A DNA stretch of 64,000 nucleotides, taken from positions 12,338,001 to 12,402,000 of the forward strand of contig CM068755.1 of NCBI GenBank assembly GCA_035084275.1. Direction: 5' to 3'. Source of the stretch: Hydrolagus colliei (lineage: Eukaryota). Of the stretch, positions 1-13,534 are shown piece by piece (within the stretch, counting starts at the first letter, position 1; every line of letters begins with the position of its first letter). The position numbers were made by a program, and so were the translations under genes. The notes under the pieces are model-generated. The model saw only the letters and a list, made by a program, of their open reading frames with translations, made no database searches and was not told the origin of the DNA.

Positions 1-309
1 ATTCCATTGACAAATCCATATCTATTGGTTTCTTGCACTAAACAATAATTTGACTTTTCTACCTGTTTGTATGTGAAGAAATTACAATGCAAAGTATCTC
101 TCTCTATATTAGAGCCATAAGCAACATCGCCTACAGTACAGGAGAAATCATTATTAATATTGTTGCACAGCACAATTGTGAAGATCCACTGTTTCATGTC
201 AAGCAAATGCCCTGACTGACTCAATACTCGGTTGATGTCATTATAGAGCATTATCGGTGAGCACCTGAGCAAGGACTCAGCAGGTAGTGCCATCCTTTTC
301 ATTCCTACA

Positions 310-433
310 ACCAAAGCTATATAGAGGTGGAGAGGTAAAAATGAATAAGATTAAACTGATCGCTCTTTCCGAGAACCAAACTAGCCTGGGTACCATCGGC
401 TGAATGGCCTCCTTCTGTACTATAAAGGTTCTA
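310..433 (+). mobile_element. CR1-type LINE 3' end remnant
   Basis: Ends ...GGCTGAATGGCCTCCTTCTGTACTATAAAGGTTCTA, resembling the recalled shark-type CR1 3' terminus; homologous to the inverted copy at 38006-38142. Confidence 0.65.
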
Positions 434-659
434 AATAACTTGCAATTACCCATATGAGGCATTTGAAATGGATGTGGTCGAGGATGGTAGGGGAGAGAAA
501 AACAAATTAGAGTTAAAAAGTGAACATGATGACCTTATTGATGATCGTAGATTGGAGAGTCCTTTTCACAGATTGGGAGAGTCCCATAAGTGCAGAATAC
601 AAATGGGAACCAGGTCATATACATGTGTAGAAATTGGAGAGGTTCCAGAATTACTCAGG

Positions 660-1430
660 CATCACGTTTGCTAAGGAGAATTAGTTTGCTTTGGCTATTA
701 TCGTAATCTGGTAATCCAAATGTTTTGATTTTCCTTGAGAAAACTGCGAACACGATATTTCAAATGTAATCCCATTACCATATTACATAAAGTTAAAATA
801 ACATTTGTGGAATGGAACTCCATCTTCATGGGTCCATGGACCAGCTCACTAGTCCTCTCACACTCCTGAGATAATTTAAATTATTTTTACTATTTAGCTA
901 ATGATCTTTAATTTTTTTTGAATATGAAAATTACTCTGGCCTCCTCAAATCATATGGGCTCAATTTCTGGTTTTATTTATGTGATTACTGTGTGGTTTAC
1001 AAAGCAGCAAGTCAGTACACATCAGAAAACTTACAACTGTTTTCAACTCAAGTCTTACTCTCCTGAGACTTAATGAACAGCATTATCAAAAACAAGTCTT
1101 TTAACTGATATTTCGGTTGAATTGGCAGTTTGGCCAAAACAACGAGATTTAGCTAAAGTCATGTGACAGAAAGAAAGTGAATTTATTATCTCTTCCCCTC
1201 CACTCCAACCCCCAAAATGCCTTTTTCTTTCTTTGTGTGTGATCTTGTTTTTGATTAAAGCTGTTTTATGTTTTGCTAAAATGTACTTTACTTGGTTAAT
1301 GTGCTGGAAACCCAACTTGTTGATTAACTGTTAGAAAAGAGATATCAGTTTTTAAATTAAAGGGAATGAGCGTGTAACTTGGGTCATCTGATTTCTTCTA
1401 ATTACTACCCCCAGGTATTGTGTAAAAATA
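660..1430 (-). mobile_element. Possible very old L1/Tx1-like ORF2 remnant
   Basis: Fragmentary minus-strand motifs in the expected order: YLGVVI (~1400-1420), a KERK..GG-like segment (~1205-1235) and a frameshifted IAK.LILL (~673-705). Many stops and frameshifts. Confidence 0.25.
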
Positions 1431-3609
1431 AGTATTAAAAATTAAAGCGTATTTGCCTGCCGAGAGTCTCTCAATGTTACCTCAGTCTTGACCTCTACAG
1501 GATATTATTCATGCCACAAATGACACCAGTGGGGTGAACATCTATCAATATCTTAATCAGCAGTCTTGAATCCTCAAGTCTCATTGCTGAAGAGACAGAC
1601 GACTGTTCTTATTGCAGTTTTGTATCATTCCAGCCACTCTAATTAGAAACAGTTCAGGTGCTCCTGTCACAATGATGACAAGTTCAAATGGGCTGTGAAT
1701 GTATAAAAGCAACATAAGGTTTGCATCCCTCCAAGCATATGGGATGAGGCTGTTTGTTGCTCTTCCATGTGAAATCCTTATTGAAAGCTTGAACAGCCTA
1801 TGAATTTTAAAATAAAATTTTAGAACCCGTCTCAGCCTGCAATGGCTGGAATTTTAATGCACAACAAACAGCGATTAAAATTTGACAATCAACTTTCAAG
1901 CTGTTTTACTGAGTGACAGAGACGAGCCAGCAATATACTTGGAAGATAAAATCGAATCAAACCGAACCATTTTTTTTCCTTCAGAGAGAGGGAAATGGTC
2001 ATAATGTTTATGAAAATATTGTCAGCGTTCAGTCATATTTTACTGCAGAAATGTAGTTTGGATTAATTAAAATGAGAATAAAAACTACTCAACCTGATTC
2101 TCAGGCTACAATGGGTATAAGAAGAGGTACATGGGGTAGAATGAAAAGTGTCAGAAATGTATCTTACTCACTAAACCCTTGTTAAATATGAATGAGGCAA
2201 ACCTATCATTTGGTCTAATTTTCATTCAGGTCTGTCAAGGAGATCTTGTGCATTTTCAGTATAAAACCAGTTTTCCACCATGATGCATTCCAATGGGTGT
2301 GGTAAAAATAGTAATAATAATACTTAGCGGTAATAGAAGGAAATCCAGACTTGATCAAATAAAATGCCATTGATTGGTAATCTCACAATACTGCAACCAA
2401 ATTAAAATAGTAGTGTGCTGTATGAATGTAGCCTTGAAGGGGTTAAACTGTGAAAATTGAAAAACATTACCTCATCAGATTGGGATTTTTTTGCTGTATC
2501 TAAGTGACGCCTCTTGTTCATTTAGTTGTATATGGCGACATTAATTTATATGTAAATATAACTAATTTAATGGAATTTAATGTAAATGTTCAACATATTC
2601 CGTCGAAAGTGCACACTAAATTTTGTTTTCAAGTGTACTGGGTAAATTATAGTTCATCTTCTTCTGGGTAATCAGGAAAGTATGAGAAAAGTAGGACTAT
2701 AAACTAAATAGAAAAGTATCTGTTGTTTATCTACTGTCTGCATGGCATTGAGAGAAATGCAACCCCCAGCTTGTTTCCACTTGATTCTTTCTCTGCTTTT
2801 CTGTCATCACAGGCTTTTACTGAATGAAGATTAATGTATGGTATGAAGGAAGTCCTAATCTATCTTGGCTTTACCTTCGCTCCAGCTTGCATCGTTCGGA
2901 TCAAATAGTATATCTGTAGATTCTGACATGGACTGGGCATGAGACCAGCAAACATTTCTCAGCTTAATATGAGAGCAAATAAGAATAGAGTTGTAATCAT
3001 TTGGAATTCTATAGAATGGATTGCAAAATTAACATGTGGGTGAGATACCATTAAATACTGTGTGTTGCTTAGTAAGTAAAGTGATTTCTAAAAGTTGCCT
3101 TTGGAAACTGTAATAGACAAAAGATGAAAGAATTCAAATATACACAAACTAGAATTTCCATTTCAGGCAGATCTAATTTGGCAGTTCCATTGCAATTGAC
3201 ATGTTTTCTATGTATGAAATGAAACATAGTGAGTGGATTCCATAAGGTTTATTCAGGTGACCTAACATTGCACCGGTCAAGACATTTTTGGAGGTATGAG
3301 ATAGAATACAAACAATTTATGTTTAAAGGCATCAAAGCAATATTGAACAGATAGTTTCTTCAGGCAGATATTAGGCTTGAAATATGACATTTGAACCATA
3401 GATTTTGACAAAACTCGTGTATTAAAAAATGCTGGTTAAATATATTCATTTTATAATTTGCATTGATTCTAAATATCAATTTAATTATATATCCATTTGG
3501 TTGCCATTCATCAGCATTGATTCATCATCAATAAAAAAAAAGTATAGCTTGTCTTCAACGTTGTGTGTCAATTTCAATGTCAATTTCAGAGTGTCAAAAG
3601 CGATATATT

Positions 3610-3717
3610 AACAACAACAAAAAGTTACACTTATAAAGCGCCTTTCACTCCCGACGTGAAAGGCGCTTTATAAGTGTAATTTGTTGTTGTTGTTGTTGAG
3701 GACGTCCCAAGGCGCTG
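3610..3717. mobile_element. L2 3'-tail element with internal inverted duplication (perfect 24-bp hairpin)
   Basis: A minus-strand tail ((AAC)n...GCGCCTTTCAC ... GAGGACGTCCCAAGGCGCT) is interrupted by a plus-strand copy. Arms 3625-3648 and 3656-3679 are exact reverse complements. Confidence 0.9.
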
Positions 3718-4280
3718 AACTTCTTTTAACAAACTTTGTTTGTGATTTTTATTCTCAATCCTTAATTCTTCTTTGTTATTGTGGTATTATTTTAAAATTT
3801 GCTGTCCAACGTTTTTGTCATTGCATATCATCTTTCTGAAAAGCAGTTTTGTTTTAAAAAAAAGTATAGTGTCAACTTCAAACATATTTTTGGTCCTTAT
3901 GTTAGTTTTTGCAAGGACACAATTCTCTTTGGATTGTGTGTGGCGGAATTGTCTCACTCACATATGCTATCAGTCTCACTTGGTAGCAAGACTTGGATGG
4001 GCAGATTGAGAACAAGGATTTAGCTCTTCATCCGTTGCCCCTGCTTGTCCTTGCTTTCAGTCTGCCCGTCCAGCTAAGCCAGCCCATCAGGATGCTTGCC
4101 AGAACAGGATCTTCCTTTAGGCAACTATTCCGTTTACCAGGTTGTCATAAACTGGCTTTGTTTTTTATATGTTGCGCAAATGTTCTCAAGCAAAATTAAA
4201 ATGGCACTGATTTTCATTGCAGTGGATCATGTAACTGCAACCACTATTTATTCATCTTAAAGCCTCCGATTGTAATTATC

Positions 4281-4392
4281 ACAACAATAATCCTTGCATT
4301 TGATATAGCACCTTAGCACATCTTCCAGATGTCTCAAAGTGCTTCACAGAATGTACCGTAATGTGAATTGACTGTACATTTTGTGGGCAAGT
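4281..4392 (-). mobile_element. SINE 3' half (L2-tailed family)
   Basis: Reverse complement matches the 3' part of the full copies at 19316 and 36324 (CAGTCAATTCAC...GTGAAGCACTTTGAGACATCT...TATATCAAATGCAAGGATTATT). Confidence 0.85.
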
Positions 4393-5175
4393 CATTGCTG
4401 TTTTATACTGATGTCCTTCATTTGAATCTGAGCTGAAGACGGACCAGTATGATATGGATTGTTGCTTGTTCTATAAACACCGGTCGCCCTCAATGAAGCT
4501 ATAAATTCAATAAACAGCACTTTTGTTTTGCTTTACTGGGTTTGATAGTTCTGGCCCTGTTCAGAGCTTAGGTCCATTAACTTCAACTGTCAGACTTAGT
4601 TTGCCAGAATTCATGGTGCATATGTATATTTGCATGTATGACATGCTAAGTAAAATTACTGATAAATAATGGATGGCAAGCAGTAATTTAGAGATGGGAA
4701 TGCATTCCCAAATCAGCTTAGGGCCAATAAGTGCACAAGTGGTGCAACGATGAACTCAGAGCCAATTAGGCACTGATACATATCTGTAACATCCCAGATT
4801 GCCTATTATTTACTTGGTTTCTTTTGTGAAAAATGGCTAGCGTTGTGTCAGTGTAAATTGCCTGTACAGTGGAGGAGGTGGCTGGTAATTATGAGCAATG
4901 GCATGTAATGTCAGAGGTCTAGCATCACAATAAATATCTTAATGTGCAAGGTGTAGAACTAGAGGAAATAGTCTGTGGGTTATGCCGTAAGAACACAGCC
5001 ATTACAAACCTATCATTTTTATTAAGCACATAGAAGACAGTAAAGCACTGTAGATGTTATGTAGATAATAGATTTAGCTTATTTTAGCATACTTTCTTGT
5101 AAAATAACTATTAAATATAGGGTAAAAAAACACACAGTGTGATTCTTTCAAAAGTGCTACATATTTGCCTGTTGT

Positions 5176-5478
5176 CTTTCTTCCTGGAGGCTGCACATTC
5201 CACAGATATCACTGACATTCCAATGCCACGAGTATGGGAACTTTCTTCATCTGTTAGCCAGACAAGCACTTTGACCACAAGCGAAAGGTTGGGGGGTGTG
5301 AGGAAAGATATCACAGCTGAGCTCAATTCTGTCCTCACTTCATCTTTCCAAACTGTGCATTTTTCGGAAGTGTAACTGGATCTTGGTCACAAGTTGTCAA
5401 TTTCTCCCACCCTTAGCAGTGCGACATTGAGCCCATTGTTGATCTGGTCAAGCTGAGACCAGCGAACAACAAGACTGT
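5176..5478 (-). mobile_element. AmnSINE2-like ancient SINE, decayed
   Basis: Blocks CTTCATCTGTTAGCCAGACA, ATCACAGCTGAGCTCAATTCTGTCCTCAC and GCTGAGACCAGCGAAC are colinear with the recalled AmnSINE2 consensus and partly with 33164-33546. Confidence 0.55.
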
Positions 5479-6450
5479 AAGGTTTTACACACCAGGCATC
5501 AAAATATCAAAAAATTATATAATCATGGTTTTCTTTCATATGTACAACAGTCTTTTCTTTGCCTCATTGGAATGAAAACATGAAACGATTAAAAACAAAT
5601 TATACAATAGTACAATTACATTGGAATAGATGGAGCAACTAACAAAGTTACAAACTGTCAGGTGATTAATGTAATAAAATGTGAAATAGCGTCAGCTTTT
5701 GATATCATTGATAGTTTTGAACTGTATAATTATTTTGAAATGAGTAATGTGATTATATTTCACAAACCATATATGGCATCAAAGGATCTGAAAAGAGATC
5801 AAATGCAATGTACAACATTAATAATATTTGGAAAATATCTTGATCATTAATCTATGGAAGTTCTTCAACTTTCAGCAATTTGCCCGCTAAAATGCACATC
5901 TCTGCTCTAGCATAAGCACAGCAGGAATAAGTCTGAAATTAAAATAGGATGAAATGATTCAGATAACAGCTGTGGAGAATCTCTCTGCAAACTGTTTTAA
6001 TATTCATCTGTGCAGTGCTCCTTAAAGAGAAGTAGAAAAAGGAAATGTTTTATTGCCTTTCTTACCGAAGTTTTACATCCAAATTAAAAATGGGGGGAAA
6101 AAAAACTTTTGGAAAATGTCAGGGAATAATGATATATAGTGTTTACCCACTTGAAAAAATGCTTTCCAAATATGCAAGAGATTATGAATGATTTGCTCTG
6201 CATTGATTGCGCTGTCAATGGTTTCTTTGTAAAGCTGTTATTAACGGAAGTCACTGTCATATGTGTGCAATTGTTTGACAGATTAATATTAACCCTTTCA
6301 AGAAGCATATGTGCACACTATCACTGGATTGAAGTTACAGAAATCAGATACCGAAAATCCAGGAGTTTCCCACTCTGAAACAATTAGTAATTTTACAAAT
6401 GATTTCAGCCACTAAAGGAACACTGCCTGTGTCCTGGAGTTGGTGCAATA

Positions 6451-6665
6451 TCAGCATGGCTCTGTTGGTAGTTCTGAGTCAGTAGGTCGTGGATTCAAGC
6501 CCCACATCAGAGAACGTTTTTTGAACTCATGTAGTCAATGCAGTGCTGGGAGTCTGCATTCACTCACAAAATACTTAGTCACCTTACTCTATAGCAAACT
6601 TGTGAAGCGCTTTAAGACTTCCTTTCTGAAGCGAAATGCACTATATCAAATGTAAGGAATATTAT
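6451..6665 (+). mobile_element. DeuSINE-like element, internally deleted
   Basis: tRNA-like head (GGATTCAAGCCCCAC B-box), start of the Deu-like segment TGCAGTGCTGGGAG, then tail TGTGAAGCGCTTTAAGAC...CTATATCAAATGTAAGG. Confidence 0.7.
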
Positions 6666-8489
6666 GTGTATATTATTATACATATATAAAATTATTATAA
6701 TTGCATATTTTACCAATTCTGGAATAGTTCTGAGGATCTCCACTATGGGAGCATGAAGATGGGCTTTAAGTTGCAAAATGTAATGTTCAAATTCAGCATT
6801 ATTCAAATGGATAATATTGCCATTTATATTATATTCACAATACCATTAAATAAGTCAGATTGTGTATGAAAAAACAACTTACGTTTTAAAATAATGAAAT
6901 AACCACTGAATATAGACGACTCCAATTAAATATCGCACCTCTTTTTGCACAAGGATCAATTGTTGTGACAATTCTTTAAACTACCCGATAACCATAAATC
7001 AGAGGTCAATTATATGAGCCTTACAAATCCACTCCATTCATTTTATGCCAAATAATAAAATGTTATTTTTGCCCCTTTGACATAATTGGAGTGGCAGGTG
7101 ATGGACCTGTGCAAAACTCTCAAAACAGAAACTTTGGAGGGAAACAATTATCTTATTGTTCAGCAGCACAGTATGTGACAATGTAAGACCCCATCTCAAG
7201 TTATCTGATACACTGTCACATGCTTGTGCCATGAAATATGACATAGGTTATTCAGTAATTGAACGATGGATTACTTTTGAAGGTACAGGTGTCTTACATC
7301 GTAAATATTTATATTTGTCTGCATTGTATTTGAAATGGATGAAAACACAGCAACCTGACCCTTGTAACAGTTTTGATGAGGTTGAAACAAATTGATTAGA
7401 AATTACTGACCTACTGTAATCCTCGAAAGTACAGTAGAACAGTGGCTCTTATATTGTCAAACCAATTGGGAACAGTTATTGATGAAGAACAACTGCACGA
7501 GCCATTAATATTGATCGCTGATTGATTAGGTTAACTTTTCTGGAAGGTTGCGGACAATTGGGTAAGTGCTCTATCAAGTTAACTGTTACGAGCAATAAGT
7601 TCAGTTTCAGATGGTAGTAGATTAACTTGAGTAAATAAGGTGTTTTTACACCGATTCTGATGATTATCTTCTCAAAGCTGCTCCTGGGTCCATGTTATAG
7701 GGAGAAAGAGAAGCATCAATCAGACTAGAGCTTTTAGAAGTCAGTCAGAGTTCAGTTCATTAAACACACCCTCTTGAATGCACTAAAAACTCGAGGCAAT
7801 CAATTTAGAGAGTTGCTGTTGAGTGAAATGGACCAGTAGCCTATCAAAAGAATCATTAAATCCTGGTAATTCTTTGAACAGTGCATCCTAAATTATAATA
7901 GGATCATCATGGTGCTGATAACAACACCATCTACAAACAGCTTTTAAAAGGATTATACACTGTATTAGCTGCTATCCTTCAAATTTCTTTGCACTGCAGC
8001 TCCGAAACTTACTTATGAGAACAGAGGTAATAAAATATGCCAGAAAGCTTAACATTCTATGATAAGCCAAACACCTGCTTTTCACTTTACACATGACTTG
8101 ATGTCTTGATAACCCGATGACAGTCCATAGCAGCTCTTGTGACAGCTCAGACTCCACAGATACAGAAAGGACACTGTTCTATACCCACCTGCAGGACCTC
8201 AGCGAGAGAGAGAATGGAATCTGTAGATTTTTGTGTCATTCATTCAAAGTATTTGTAGATATTGAGTGAAACTGTATGAATATCAGTATGTTGTCTCAAG
8301 AATGTGCCGTTACCAAATCTAAACAACAAGCCACCATGAGTATTATTCTTTACTGTAATTGAATAAATCTTCTAGCACTGACAATTCTTGCATTTCTGGT
8401 TTTGCAGCAATCATTTCTTTGCTCTGAATGTTCATCAAGTATTAGCCCAAATGGCAGTCTGGTGTTTAAATGTTAAGATCATGTGTATT

Positions 8490-8727
8490 TGTGGAAAATT
8501 CTTAAATTCAGTCATGAATGGGTTTTAAACTCTTAATCGGTCTTAAATTCAGTCTTAAGTGCTCCAAGATGCCATCCGGGTTGAATGGGGCTGCACAAAT
8601 GCAAGTACCTGTAGTTAGAAATGGGAAAGATAGCATGTTATTTTGCATTTTATGAAAATAATTGGCTATCAATTAAAGACTGAATTTAAGATTTAAAAAA
8701 AACAAAAGTGAATTTTTAGACCAGGGT
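8490..8727. mobile_element. Possible DNA-transposon (MITE) remnant interrupted by a decayed L2 tail
   Basis: TCTTAAATTCAGTC occurs at 8500 and 8541 with an exact inverted copy at 8678-8691. A decayed L2 tail lies at ~8556-8612. Confidence 0.35.
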
Positions 8728-11700
8728 GGAATTTTTGGTTCCTTATTAATATTTACTTTTTTCAAAGTATTTTTACTATTTTCTTTCATTAAAATGTATT
8801 AAAAGTGGCAAGGAGATTGAGTTAACAACTGTAATTGTTTTAAAATCAATTTGTAATATGGATGCACAAATGATTCATTCATTTACATGACAATACATTG
8901 TACAGTATTGGATCTGACTGTGAGGCGCCTTTAGCAGTCATAATTTTATTTTGTTTCAGTTTTGCTGGAATACTATAGTGTTATCTTACAATTGAGGATG
9001 TGCAGAAATACCAAAATAGGCTTTTACTTGTAGCTCTTCCTGTAGCAGATTCAGATATGGTAACACTATCAGCTTCTGACAGCATTTAAATTTCCAGGTG
9101 TCTCAGACAGTGAAGCTAACATTCTGCACATACAGAATAGAACAGAATTTCTAAAACCCCTCAATTCACCCTAAATATTTCCATATTAGCTAAAGATTTA
9201 CTAAGTTTGCCAAACTGTTTACTTGTTTACAATTTGTATAAGAACACAAGAGATCATGACCATTCAAGCAAACACCTTATCACAAATCACAAGTCTTAGT
9301 CCTTTAATCGTAATCTAATGATTTTAATCAAATTGCATTCTGAATACATACTATGTATGCTTATTTTCTGGATCATGTCCCTCATCTCGAACTTCCTTTG
9401 TCCAGAGATAACTGGTTAGAGCTCCTTAAACTTCTCATTACTTTGAGCTAAAAACATGTGTTACTCTTGTCTTAAATTATTCCAAATGCTCAATCTGCTT
9501 TTAAACGTAGGGGGTTACCAAAACTGAAGAAAAAAATTGCAGCTGAATGTAATTTGAACTTGCTGATTTTAAATAATATCTTACACCGCGATCTAATTTG
9601 GATCAGAGATGTGGGCTGTTTTTAATAAGTGCTATTTGAACACTACACTTCAATCCTACAACTCCCAGGTTTCTAAGCCTTAGGGTCCTGTATTGTGCAG
9701 AGCTCTTTGTGACAAGCAATGGAATATGCAGTGATGATATGCCATTCAGAGGGTACAGAAAACAGCAAAAAGGGCAATATATGGAGACAAGCCAATTGAT
9801 GTTTTTCCAAGGTTTGAAGTTCCAAAGCCTTCATGCAGGAACCCTGCACATTATATATGGACTGAGAGGCTGAAACGTTAATCAGTCAGGTATTGTGAGC
9901 AGACAATCAGAAAACAAAAGCTTTTACTGTACAAAAGGTACCGCACTTCAGGAATACCAAGCTTTTTTTTAAGAAGGCAACAAAATTCCCTACACATTCC
10001 TGAGCTGTCAATGCATTGTGTCTATGTTTCTGACAGTTGATTCATGTGTAAATTTACATGTACTGTTGGTACCAGCTGCTGAATATGAAATGTATTCTCC
10101 CGTGCTGGCAGAGGGTACAGCTCAGACAAATCAGAAAGAACTGTCAAAAACAGATGTCCATTATGAGACCTTGCCAACAGAATTTTCTGTGTAGTCAGTC
10201 AGGATAAGATTTTCCATTAGGGGGGAGGATTGCGAGAATGAGGTGGGGTACATCATATTTAAACAATGCTTAGCAAAGCTATGTGACAGCTCGGATAATG
10301 CTTGCTTGGTCACTTAGTAAGTTGGTTTCCGACTATTACAAAGGTCAATCCGAATGAGAATTATACAATGTTGCAGAAATGCTGCAGGAAACAAAAAGCC
10401 CTTCAAAGGTATTCTTCAGTAATATTAAAGAATGGAAGCCCAATTTTGATGCATTCAATTGTTGCTACATCAAAGTAGAATGTGACTTACAATTTTGTAT
10501 TGCACGGTCATTTATGACTTACTGTGTTACTATTTCAGAACAATTTGCAAACTGCAGTACTGTATATCAGCTTTTTTTTTGATGAGTCCAGTGATCTGGC
10601 TTCAATAACTCTACCTGTTGAGTTGTTTCTGCTATTGGTGTGAATAATTACTTGTACAGGGAATTGTAATTGGTGTAGCAATCTTGTTGCACCGTTTCCT
10701 GCTCTTGCCCCTTGCTCCTCGTCCTGGCTCACTTGTCCGGTTCTAATGAAGGCCATTTGATTCATCACAAAGAGTGGTAACTGTACTTTCCGATCCAATT
10801 CTTTCAGATAGCTCCAATTGTACTCACTGATTATTGGTAGGTAATAGGTGACATCAATACTGCATGACTTGAATGGACCACAAATGAGCAATTTCTTTCC
10901 TTCAAAGATCAGATTTAAATACTAAAGCTGCGTCACATATTATCAGAACTGCTTGAGCTCTCTCTCATCAGACCCAGAAAAAATATTTTTGAGCATGGGA
11001 AAAGGAAAGTCATCTTCTACCAAATCAAATAAAGAGAACAGAATTGTCCAATATGGTAATAACAGTATGAAATCTCATTGGTTCCCGAATGCCTGACCCT
11101 AACTTCATTCATTCTACCTCTAGAGATGATTTATATCCAATCGTATCATTCGGAATGAAATCTGACCATTTATGACCTTGAATAATTCTTTGACAAACTG
11201 AACTTTTGCAGGGTCAGGGAACCTACGAATGGGTTTGCTTCAGCCAATCACTGACTGAGAGCTAAATAGTGAAGGATATCCATGTTGTCCATCTGCTGAA
11301 GCCACTTGATTTCCTGTTTCTCATCCCTTTAGGCACCTACAAGGCCAACAATTAATTGGGATCTGTTCATGCTGCTGTTCAGTGAGGTGAAATGTGTGGG
11401 AGAGTTCCCTGATGTGCTCTGAATAGTGTTCACGATTGCACTACACAAAACAGTACAATTCCTGTGAGTGTTGGAATAACAGAGCCGTGTCCATCAACAA
11501 AGTGGATTAAAAGAAAAACCTTACAAAGACAACTATAGCAAGCAGAGTAAAATGTGAATGAGGTTCCTGCGTATGTCGCTAAGAGTTGTTGAGCTTAATT
11601 TTTAGAGTTTTTGCCACACACAGTGAACCATGTTAATTTCACAAAAATAGTTAATTCATAGATTTAAATGTAGAAGATTTTTCATGAATTTTGCTGAAGC

Positions 11701-12785
11701 ATGGGTATATAATTTTTGCACTTATTAAAGGTACAGCAGCAAGCTTCTATTTCAATAGACGTTCTGAACTCTCTTATTCCCATCTGTCTAGAGAACAAGA
11801 AACATCAGGCTCATCCAAAAGAATGGAGCAAATTAGACCCACAAAATAGAGAGTGAACATCTACAGTCAATTATTTCAGAGCTGATAGAAACCATTGTGA
11901 ATAAGAAGGCAATTCATGATTTCAATTGCTGTCAGGTTGCCAGTTTGACTTTATAGCAAAGTGTTCAACACGTGACGCTCTTGATATCATGGTCTACAAG
12001 TGGAGGAAATCTCCTGACGCTGAGCATGAAGTCAAAGAGGCAGCCATTAACATCTGTGCAGCCGGTTTTGATGAAGGGCCTTGTTAACCTATTTTACTCT
12101 TTCTATTCTGATTGACCTCGTCGAGTTCCACACATTTCTGTTTCCGATTTTGTTTATTTCAGATATTTAACTCACGCTGCATTTATGTTCTCAGCATTTA
12201 TCAGTTCAGATTTATGTATTGCAGCATCTGGATCACTGCAAAGCTTTTTGGCTGCAATATATCTGGGAAGCCGTTACCATCCATATGTACAGTGGAAAAA
12301 TACTATGATAAATAGGCAATAATCTTTATGCAGCATCTGTGCTAGAAGTTCTTTCTTGCCTTCAATAATCTGGGATATATCATCAAAAGAAGTAGTTTAT
12401 TCTGCTATTGACACAACTTGCGCCATCTTAAAATCAATCGAGGATTGGCTGATTTTGAGACCGACAGAGTGATAATAATCATTTTGCACCCTTCATGTCA
12501 GGGAGACATCTCAATAAGATTCCATTTGTTATGAAATCTATTACTCAAACATCACTGAAAATGTGGCTAGCATTGCAAAACTGTGGCCAGTTTACAGGCT
12601 CTGTGTCCCTTCACTTTGACACGTTTGCAGGAGCAATCAAGAAATTGAGCTGCAGATGTTGTTGAAAGAGAAACCAGGAATCAGAGTTATAAGCAAGAGG
12701 AGGAACAGTGCAATTTATTTAACGGATTGATAAATATAAATGGTATTACAACATTGTAAGTCTACACACAATTTAGACCATTTGT

Positions 12786-12958
12786 GGAGTCCTTAGCTCG
12801 TTAGAGCACTCACCTCGCAAGCAAGAGACTTGGGTTTGATTGCCAGCATGACAAAACCTTTGGCACGTTTCCTTACTCCACACACAAAATAATAGTCACT
12901 TCAATCCACAGCAGTTTGTGGCCTCTGTTGTTTTGCCCACAAATCTACAGTCAATTCA
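12786..12958 (+). mobile_element. tRNA-headed SINE, 3'-truncated and internally deleted
   Basis: GTTAGAGCACTCACCTCGCAAGCAAGAGACTTGGGTTTGATT head and TTTCCTTACTCCACAC are colinear with the 36324 copy. Confidence 0.85.
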
Positions 12959-12959
12959 A

Positions 12960-13052
12960 TGCTCCATGACCCTCGCCCCACCATTATCATTATCATCACC
13001 ACCATTGGTGGTCGAGCCTTCAGCCACTGTGCCCCCAACCTCTGGAATTCTA
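12960..13052 (+). mobile_element. L2 LINE 3' fragment
   Basis: ACCATTGGTGGTCGAGCCTTCAGCCACTGTGCCCCCAACCTCTGGAATTC translates as TIGGRAFSHCAPNLWNS, an L2 ORF2 C-terminal motif. Confidence 0.8.
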
Positions 13053-13476
13053 TCCTATAATAATCCCTCCAGATCAGAGGGATTATTGACACGTTTAGAC
13101 ACCTACAGGGCAGATAGATCTTCTAAAGAGACAATATTTTCCATTCTCACCATTGAGAGGTTATGATAAAATTGAATCCTGTGCCTAAATTATAGAGTAC
13201 ATTTATAATCCTTTAGGCAGTAGAGATATTTACCATTGGCAAATGTCACGAGTTTCTGGATAGTCTCCACACCTCTTAAACCATGTTGAATTAGGACAGC
13301 ATAAATTCTGTACAAGCTGAGTCAGACTTAGAACCCCGTGTTTATGCTCAAAGTGAATATCTAAGAGACTAAATACTCTGGTATGATGCTGTGAATGTCA
13401 ATGTCAATCCATTGTGCTCAGCCCAAACTTCTCAGGAACAGTCCTTTGGGATAAAGGAAAGGAGTTCCCATTTGTG

Positions 13477-13534
13477 AAACAACAATTACACTTGTATAGC
13501 GCTTTTCACGTCAGGAGGATATCCCAAGGCGCCT
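13477..13534 (-). mobile_element. Isolated L2 3' tail
   Basis: AACAACAATTACACTTGTATAGCGCTTTTCACGTCAGGAGGATATCCCAAGGCGC is the reverse complement of the tail consensus seen in this window. Confidence 0.85.
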
